Origin: Fidelibacterota bacterium
Lineage (GTDB): Bacteria; Fidelibacterota; UBA2242
Length of the DNA stretch: 64,000 bases
Reading direction: 5' to 3'
Assembly (NCBI GenBank): GCA_049975265.1
Contig: JBNGDF010000003.1
Coordinates: 32,001-96,000 of the forward strand
This document shows, piece after piece, positions 57,985 to 64,000 of the stretch (position 1 is the first letter of the stretch; each line of letters opens with the position of its first letter). The position numbers and the translations under genes were made by a program. The notes under the pieces are model-generated. The model was not told the origin of the DNA, ran no database searches, and was given only the letters and a program-made list of their open reading frames with translations.

Positions 57985-59110
57985 GGATTGTTACCAATCT
58001 GAGAGGTTTTTCTTTTGGTATCATCGTTTTGGAAATATTGAGCAAAATGCCGATACAGGCAAAATTGTAGAGCATTGCGGAACCACCGTAGCTCAGAAAC
58101 GGCAGTGGCAAACCGGTCACCGGCAGGATTCCCGTGACCACACCGGTATTTGCAAGAACGTAGGCGAACATACTCAGCGAAAAACCGATTCCCGCCAGAT
58201 TTCCGAAAATGGTTGTTGATCGCAAGGATATCTGAATTCCGCGGATAAACAATGCCAAAAACAGGATCAGCAGAATCAGCGTACCAATAAAGCCAAACTC
58301 CTCACCGGCAATGGAAAATACGAAATCGGTATGCGGCTCCGGCAGAAACAAATTTTTCTCCACGCTGCCTGCCAATCCACGCCCCCAGAATCCACCGTTT
58401 CCAAGCGTAATCAGGGACTGGTTAATCTGATATCCGGCACCCTGCAGGTCTACCTCACTGCTGAAAGCGCTCAGAATGCGTTTCATCTTGTAGGGTGACC
58501 GGATAACGGTAATGATTGAAAATATTAAAAATAACGCCGCAAATGGGGAAAGATATATCAGTTTTATTCCGGCAATGATCATAATCAGAATGCCGATAAA
58601 TGCAATCACGGCACCGGTGCTGAAATCGGGTTCTACGATAATTAAAATCATCGTGATGGTCATGATGAGCGCCGGTGGAAGAAAACCCCTTTTGAAATCA
58701 CCGATTTCCTTCTGATGGCGGTCGAAAAAGGAGGCAAGATACACTATCAGGGCAAATTTCGCCAATTCAGACGGCTGGAAGCGGAAAGGTCCCAGGGATA
58801 ACCACCGCGCTGTCGCAGAATTGCCGGTTCGGTTCAGGATCAGTGTTAAAATCAACAATAGCAATGCCAACAGGACCAGCCAGAAAGCGACGTTTTTTAA
58901 ATATCTGTAATCCAGTCTCAGAAAGAAGACACCGACCAGAAAACCGGCGATTAAGCGGATAAAATGACCGCGCATATAATACCCCGGATCGTTGAACTTA
59001 GCCGCTGCTAGGGAAGAACTGGCACTGTACTGAATGACGAATCCGATGCCGATTAACAGGATGGTTACGATAAAGAAAAACTGGTCGATGGATTGATGAT
59101 ATGTTTTCAT
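57977..59110 (-). CDS. ftsW: Peptidoglycan polymerase FtsW
   Basis: 'ARWL..G.F.FQPSELAK', 'EPDFST', 'GYQ..QS', 'LPEPHTDFVFS', 'P.TGLPLPFLSYGGS'. Confidence 0.95.
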   Translation of the reverse strand: MKTYHQSIDQFFFIVTILLIGIGFVIQYSASSSLAAAKFNDPGYYMRGHFIRLIAGFLVGVFFLRLDYRYLKNVAFWLVLLALLLLILTLILNRTGNSATARWLSLGPFRFQPSELAKFALIVYLASFFDRHQKEIGDFKRGFLPPALIMTITMILIIVEPDFSTGAVIAFIGILIMIIAGIKLIYLSPFAALFLIFSIITVIRSPYKMKRILSAFSSEVDLQGAGYQINQSLITLGNGGFWGRGLAGSVEKNLFLPEPHTDFVFSIAGEEFGFIGTLILLILFLALFIRGIQISLRSTTIFGNLAGIGFSLSMFAYVLANTGVVTGILPVTGLPLPFLSYGGSAMLYNFACIGILLNISKTMIPKEKPLRLVTIHG

Positions 59111-60495
59111 GTCCCTTTTTCTGTCAATGCCGTAACGATCTCTTTAAAAACCCGACCACGGTGTTCATAATTTTCAAACATATCAAAGCTGGCACAGGCG
59201 GGTGCAAGCAGGACAATCTCGCCGGCTCCGGCAAGTTGTGCTGCACTTTCTACCGCTTCCTGCATTGAAACGGCTCGACTGCAGGCGATGGTGTCTCGTA
59301 TAACCGTCTCGATCTTCGCCGCCGCTTCTCCGATCAGAATAGCGTGCTTTGCGTGTTTTTTCAATTCAGGCAGCAGGAGTGAAAAATCCGAATCCTTATC
59401 CCGTCCGCCCAGAATAACGATGACCGGTTTGGCAAAGCTGGTTAATGCGTATTTGACGGCGTCAACATTGGTTGCTTTTGAATCGTTATAGTAATCGACG
59501 CCGGCGACGGTGCGGACATATTCGAGACGGTGCTCGATTCCCCTGAACCGGCGCAGTGTGCCGATAACCTGTTCTTCTGGAAGTGTATAGTGCTCGGCGG
59601 CGTTCAGGGCTGCCAGAATGTCGAGGAGATTGTGGGTGCCCGGCAATTGGATTTCGTTTCTGGCAATCAGTTTGCGCTGGTCGGCGGTGAAAACGGCTTC
59701 CCGGTTTACGGTGAAGTGCATTTCTGGTAGATAATTCAGACCGAAAGGACGTTTTTCAGGACGCTTTGGCAGATTGGTTTTCAGTAATTTGTCATCGGAA
59801 AAATAGATGTAGAGATCGGATTCCGTCTGGTTTTTACAGATGTTCAGTTTCGCCTGCAGGTAACGGTTGATATTGTGGTCATACCGGTCCATGTGGTCGT
59901 CACTAACATTGAGAATAATGGCAATGTCGGGTTGAAAATGTACGATACGTTCTAGTTGAAAACTGCTGACCTCCAGGATAAACAGTTTGGGTTTGCCGCT
60001 GTCTGCATGTGATTGCGGGATCAGAGCGGAAAAGGGCGTTCCGATATTGCCGCCGCAATAGACATCGTATTGACTGTTTTTAAACATCTCGTGGAGCAGA
60101 GTCGTCGTGGTGGTTTTGCCATTGGAACCGGTTACCGCAATAATGCCGGCATCGGGCATCAACCAGTATGCTGCTTCGATCTCACTGATTATTGGAATGC
60201 CCGCCTCCTCCATCTGCCGAACTACCGGCACATTTGCCGGGATACCCGGACTGATGATGACCAGGTCTGCCTGCAAAACCTGTGGGCTGTGTTTCCCGAA
60301 CTCGGTTTTTATATTCAGTGACTGAAAGGTTTGTAACTGCGGCGCGGTAAAATTCATTGGATTGATGTCGGACAGCAGCACCTCGGCACCGGCATGCGCC
60401 AACAGTTCGGCGACGGCGGTACCGCTCCTGCGGGCACCCAGCACGCTAATTTTTTTACCCGAAATATCCATCGGTAAATGTGATAAATCCATCAT
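59107..60495 (-). CDS. murD: UDP-MurNAc-L-Ala--D-glutamate ligase
   Basis: 'SPGIP', 'TGSNGKTTT', 'GGNIG', 'EVSSFQL', 'NDSKATN', 'PACASFD'. Confidence 0.97.
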   Translation of the reverse strand: MMDLSHLPMDISGKKISVLGARRSGTAVAELLAHAGAEVLLSDINPMNFTAPQLQTFQSLNIKTEFGKHSPQVLQADLVIISPGIPANVPVVRQMEEAGIPIISEIEAAYWLMPDAGIIAVTGSNGKTTTTTLLHEMFKNSQYDVYCGGNIGTPFSALIPQSHADSGKPKLFILEVSSFQLERIVHFQPDIAIILNVSDDHMDRYDHNINRYLQAKLNICKNQTESDLYIYFSDDKLLKTNLPKRPEKRPFGLNYLPEMHFTVNREAVFTADQRKLIARNEIQLPGTHNLLDILAALNAAEHYTLPEEQVIGTLRRFRGIEHRLEYVRTVAGVDYYNDSKATNVDAVKYALTSFAKPVIVILGGRDKDSDFSLLLPELKKHAKHAILIGEAAAKIETVIRDTIACSRAVSMQEAVESAAQLAGAGEIVLLAPACASFDMFENYEHRGRVFKEIVTALTEKGT

Positions 60496-61595
60496 AGTAT
60501 CTTGAAGCTGCTCAGGCTCAAAACTGCCAGTAAGATTCCGATAATCCAGAAGCGGATGACAATTTTGCTCTCAGCCCAACCTTTCATTTCAAAATGGTGA
60601 TGCAGGGGCGCCATCAGAAAAATCCGTTTGCCTGTGCCGGTCTTGTGCCGGGTATATTTAAAATAACCGACCTGGAGCAACACCGAAGCGGTCTCAGCGA
60701 CGAAGATACCGCCCAGCAGGACAAACAGCAACTCTTTTTTCAGCAAAATGGCGATGGTCCAAAGAGCCGTTCCCATGGAAAGGGAACCGGTGTCTCCCAT
60801 AAAAACCTGCGCCGGTTTGCTGTTATACCACAGAAATCCGAGAATTCCACCAGTGAACGCTGCGCAGAAAACCGTAAGTTCGCCACTACCCGGCAGGTAA
60901 ATTGTATTTAAATAGTGACTGAAGTCCGTGCGCCCTGTTATGTAGGAAATGACCGCAAACGCCAGCGCCGCGATTCCCATTAAGCCGGATGCCAGACCGT
61001 CGAGACCGTCGGTGAGATTGACGGAATTCGAGCCGGCTGTCAGCACAAACACGACAAAGGGGATATAGAGAAGCCCCAGATTAATTTCCCGATTTTTAAA
61101 GAAAGGAACCGAGGTTAATCCGCGGACCGCCTCAAATTCCGGTGCGAAGTAAAGATAGCAACCGATAAAAAGTCCCAATCCGATCTGACCGCATAATTTA
61201 TAGCGGGCGATCAGCCCCTTTTTGTATTTTTTTATCACTTTCAAATAATCGTCTAAAAATCCGATACCACCCATCCACAGCGTGGCGACGACCGCAAGGA
61301 CGATGTAAATATTTTTCAGATTTGCCCACAACAGGACCGGAATGATGACAGCAATCAGGATTATAATGCCGCCCATCGTCGGTGTCCCTTTTTTGGAGAG
61401 GTGTGACGCCGGTCCGTCTTCGCGGATGATTTCGCCGATCTGGTTCCTTTGCAAAACTTTCAATATATAGGGACCGACGATAAAGCTGATTAATAGCGCT
61501 GTAATCGCCGCCATGGCAGAGCGGATAGTGATATACTGAAACAGGTTAAAACCGCTGAAATATTTTTTTAATGGTACAAGGAGGTGGTAAAACAT
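60492..61595 (-). CDS. mraY: Phospho-N-acetylmuramoyl-pentapeptide transferase
   Basis: 'KKGTPTMGG', 'GFLDDYLK', 'NLTDGLDGLA', 'VFMGDTGSL', 'MAPLHHHFE'. Confidence 0.97.
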   Translation of the reverse strand: MFYHLLVPLKKYFSGFNLFQYITIRSAMAAITALLISFIVGPYILKVLQRNQIGEIIREDGPASHLSKKGTPTMGGIIILIAVIIPVLLWANLKNIYIVLAVVATLWMGGIGFLDDYLKVIKKYKKGLIARYKLCGQIGLGLFIGCYLYFAPEFEAVRGLTSVPFFKNREINLGLLYIPFVVFVLTAGSNSVNLTDGLDGLASGLMGIAALAFAVISYITGRTDFSHYLNTIYLPGSGELTVFCAAFTGGILGFLWYNSKPAQVFMGDTGSLSMGTALWTIAILLKKELLFVLLGGIFVAETASVLLQVGYFKYTRHKTGTGKRIFLMAPLHHHFEMKGWAESKIVIRFWIIGILLAVLSLSSFKIL

Positions 61596-62948
61596 TTAAC
61601 TCATTAATCCTTCTATGATATCTTCCAGTTGATTCCCCCGCGACCCCTTGACCAGAACTGTATCGTCGGATTTAATCTCTTTTTGCAGTGCTTCCAGCAG
61701 GTTGTCTTTCGTACTGAAATGTCGGGACGGGGGTCCACCGGCAGCCTGGATGGCGGCGTGGGTAATTTCGGTTAGCATTCCGTAAAGGTAGACCCTGTCA
61801 ATCGGTGATTCGGCGATCAGTTGCCCGATATCCCGGTGGCATGGATTAGACAGTGAGCCCAATTCAAACATATCACCAAACACCAGTATTCGACGACCGG
61901 GTAGCCTCATAGAGACAAACGTGTCAATCGCCGCCCGGGTACTGTCTGGATTGGCGTTGTAGGCATCATTGATGATCCGGCAATGGGGTGTCCTGATCAT
62001 ATTGAACCGCTGCTGTACCGGTGTGAAGGATGCCAGACCTGTGATGATGTCATCGGGTCTCACGTCGAAATACAGACCGACAGCCGCAGCGGCGAGGGCA
62101 TTTTGCGCCATGACTTTTCCGGGAGTCTTCAATTCAATGCGGATATCCCCATTGATATTCAGGGTAGCGCAACCGTTTTCATCGAACCGGATAATTTTAC
62201 CAGTATAATCGGCATGTTCAGTTTCCATACCGTATGTGACCTGATGACAGCGGGGATTCATTCCTCGGATATATTCGTCGTTCAGATTGATAAACCCGGT
62301 ATCGTCGGTCTTCAGGGCGTCGAACAGCTCCCGCTTAGCCCGTGCCACACCGGCTTTCGACCCGAAAAATTCGGTGTGACCGTAGCCGATATTGGTAATC
62401 AGACCGGCATTCGGTTTAGCCAATTGGCATAGCAAGGCAATTTCGCCGAAATGATTGGTACCGAACTCCAGGAGACTGAAAGTGTGATCAGCCGTCAATG
62501 TCAGCAGCGACAGCGGTACTCCCAGTTGATTGTTCAGATTGCCGGCAGTGGTGTGCAAATTGAATTTTTTTGCGAGAATTGCCGCACACATTGCCCGGGT
62601 GGTGGTCTTTCCATTGGTACCGGTGATTGCCAGCATGGGGATTTGGAACTGATTGCGCCAGACCTGCGCCAGCTTCTGCAGCGCGGTTTCCGGAGATTCT
62701 GTGATCCATAACGGCAAATGCTGATGAGGATTATGCCGTGTCCATTCTATGGAAACGACACACAATACGGCACCGCTACTCAGCGCCTGACGGATGAAGC
62801 GATGACCATCGGTTTTTTCACCAGGTAACGCTACGAAAATCGAATTATCGGAAACCCGGCGACTGTCGATGACCACATTGGTGGCGGTCGAATAGAAATT
62901 GATCAATTCTCCATATCCGGTTTGACGAATAATATCAGCGGTGATCAT
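61596..62948 (-). CDS. murF: UDP-MurNAc-tripeptide--D-Ala-D-Ala ligase
   Basis: 'DSRRV', 'TGTNGKTTT', 'NLNNQLGVP', 'NDAYNANPDS', 'GDMFELG', 'VKGSRG'. Confidence 0.96.
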   Translation of the reverse strand: MITADIIRQTGYGELINFYSTATNVVIDSRRVSDNSIFVALPGEKTDGHRFIRQALSSGAVLCVVSIEWTRHNPHQHLPLWITESPETALQKLAQVWRNQFQIPMLAITGTNGKTTTRAMCAAILAKKFNLHTTAGNLNNQLGVPLSLLTLTADHTFSLLEFGTNHFGEIALLCQLAKPNAGLITNIGYGHTEFFGSKAGVARAKRELFDALKTDDTGFINLNDEYIRGMNPRCHQVTYGMETEHADYTGKIIRFDENGCATLNINGDIRIELKTPGKVMAQNALAAAAVGLYFDVRPDDIITGLASFTPVQQRFNMIRTPHCRIINDAYNANPDSTRAAIDTFVSMRLPGRRILVFGDMFELGSLSNPCHRDIGQLIAESPIDRVYLYGMLTEITHAAIQAAGGPPSRHFSTKDNLLEALQKEIKSDDTVLVKGSRGNQLEDIIEGLMS

Positions 62949-64000
62949 TGATACACTCTTCTACGATTTCCACGTCACTGAAAGGGTACTTCGCACCTTT
63001 TATCTCCTGGTAATTCTCATGTCCCTTGCCAAGAATAGCAATTATATCTTCGGGAGATGCCGTCTGAATGGCGGAACGAATCGCTTCTTTCCGGTTGATG
63101 ATCACTTCATAGTGAAAATCCGTCGGGAAGCCGGCGAGGGCGTCTCTGATAATATCTTCGGGCTTTTCATCGCGCGGATTATCCGTTGTGATAATGACGG
63201 AGTCCGAGTGGGTTGCCGCCGCTGCCGCCATTTGCGGGCGCTTGCTCTTGTCCCGGTTGCCTCCGCAGCCGAATACGGTGATTAATGTGCCTTCCGGAGG
63301 AACAAGATTGCGCAGAGCGGTCAACACGTTGATAATTGCGTCCGGTGTATGGGCATAGTCCACGAATATGCGCGGTGCGCCCGGCTTTGTAATTTCCTGA
63401 ACCCGACCGGGGATATACTCTACCCGGCTGAGGGCGGTGGAGATGTGCTCAGGGGATAGTCCGGCGCAAATAGCGGCTCCGGCGGCAGCCAGAATATTGC
63501 TGAGATTAAAGTAGCCGGAGAGTTTTGCATTCACCGGAATCTGTCCGTTCTTATATAGAATTTTGCCGGATATTCCGCTGCGGAACTGGACATCAGCATC
63601 CCAGCTGAAATCTGCGAGCTTCTTTTTGATTCCGTAGGTATAGAGCGGAGCATTCCCGGTCTGATTGAAATCTCGGGAATGCGGGTCATCGATATTGGAA
63701 AGACGAAAACCCCTAGAGTGAATTGCATGAAAAAGACGGATTTTGGCGGCGACGTAGTGAGTCATATCGCCGTAGAAGTCCAGATGATCCTGAGATATGT
63801 TAGTAAATACACCGCCCAGAAAGTCGATCGTATCTACCCGATTCAACGACAGTGCATGGGCGGATACCTCCATAGCAACATATTCAACATCCGCTGTCGA
63901 CATTTCGGTTAGGATTTGCTGTAGTTGGATCGAATCGGGGGTTGTCAAATTCAGCAGCCGGTAGTGATCGTTGATGGAATAGCCCAGTGTTCCGATTGTT
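62935..64000 (-). CDS. murE: UDP-MurNAc-L-Ala-D-Glu--meso-diaminopimelate ligase (5' end outside the window)
   Basis: Frame open to the edge ('TIGTLG...LTTPDS'); 'MEVSAH', 'QDHLDF', 'VDYAHTPD', 'FGCGG.RD', mDAP-type 'DNPR', 'GKGHE'. Confidence 0.96.
   Translation of the reverse strand, partial: TIGTLGYSINDHYRLLNLTTPDSIQLQQILTEMSTADVEYVAMEVSAHALSLNRVDTIDFLGGVFTNISQDHLDFYGDMTHYVAAKIRLFHAIHSRGFRLSNIDDPHSRDFNQTGNAPLYTYGIKKKLADFSWDADVQFRSGISGKILYKNGQIPVNAKLSGYFNLSNILAAAGAAICAGLSPEHISTALSRVEYIPGRVQEITKPGAPRIFVDYAHTPDAIINVLTALRNLVPPEGTLITVFGCGGNRDKSKRPQMAAAAATHSDSVIITTDNPRDEKPEDIIRDALAGFPTDFHYEVIINRKEAIRSAIQTASPEDIIAILGKGHENYQEIKGAKYPFSDVEIVEECINDHR

Noticed and set aside
1..64000. CRISPR arrays, IS elements, prophage, defence systems, rRNA
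   Set aside because: No spaced direct repeats and no transposase, integrase, phage, nuclease-defence or rRNA signatures seen by eye.

Overview
A 64-kb stretch of bacterial core chromosome with no transposase, integrase, prophage or CRISPR array that I can see. Gene content (grpE-dnaJ without dnaK or hrcA, DUF3098, DUF4159/DUF4175, a FlgD/T9SS-like C-terminal domain, murC directly followed by ftsQ) suggests an FCB-superphylum organism such as Ca. Marinimicrobia or a relative; this is inference. In order: a disrupted permuted papain-like lipoprotein gene; a putative lipid-scavenging operon (YhhN lysoplasmalogenase, lysophospholipase, Na+/Pi symporter with an internal TAA, glpK); an M64 peptidase; ftsEX; grpE-dnaJ behind a sigma54-type motif; comEA followed by pilin-like, PilM-like and fused PilN/PilO-like genes, then rsmD-coaD-pta; an AmmeMemoRadiSam radical SAM gene; small hypotheticals ending in an OmpA/Pal-CpoB fusion; tRNA-Leu(CAA); fadD-purM-gpsA and a secreted metalloprotease; MATE; S2P-mltG-uvrD; rnhA; a DUF4159-DUF4175-TPR operon; transport and peptidase genes; dusB; rpmB; and the dcw cluster (murE partial to ftsZ). 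The best leads are a strand-biased structured RNA candidate filling the murC-ftsQ gap, the divergent comEA-PilM/N/O module, the lysoplasmalogenase operon, the Pal-CpoB fusion locus, and an unlisted 59-aa membrane protein with a perfect sigma70 promoter. All family calls come from motif recognition by eye; no database search was run.
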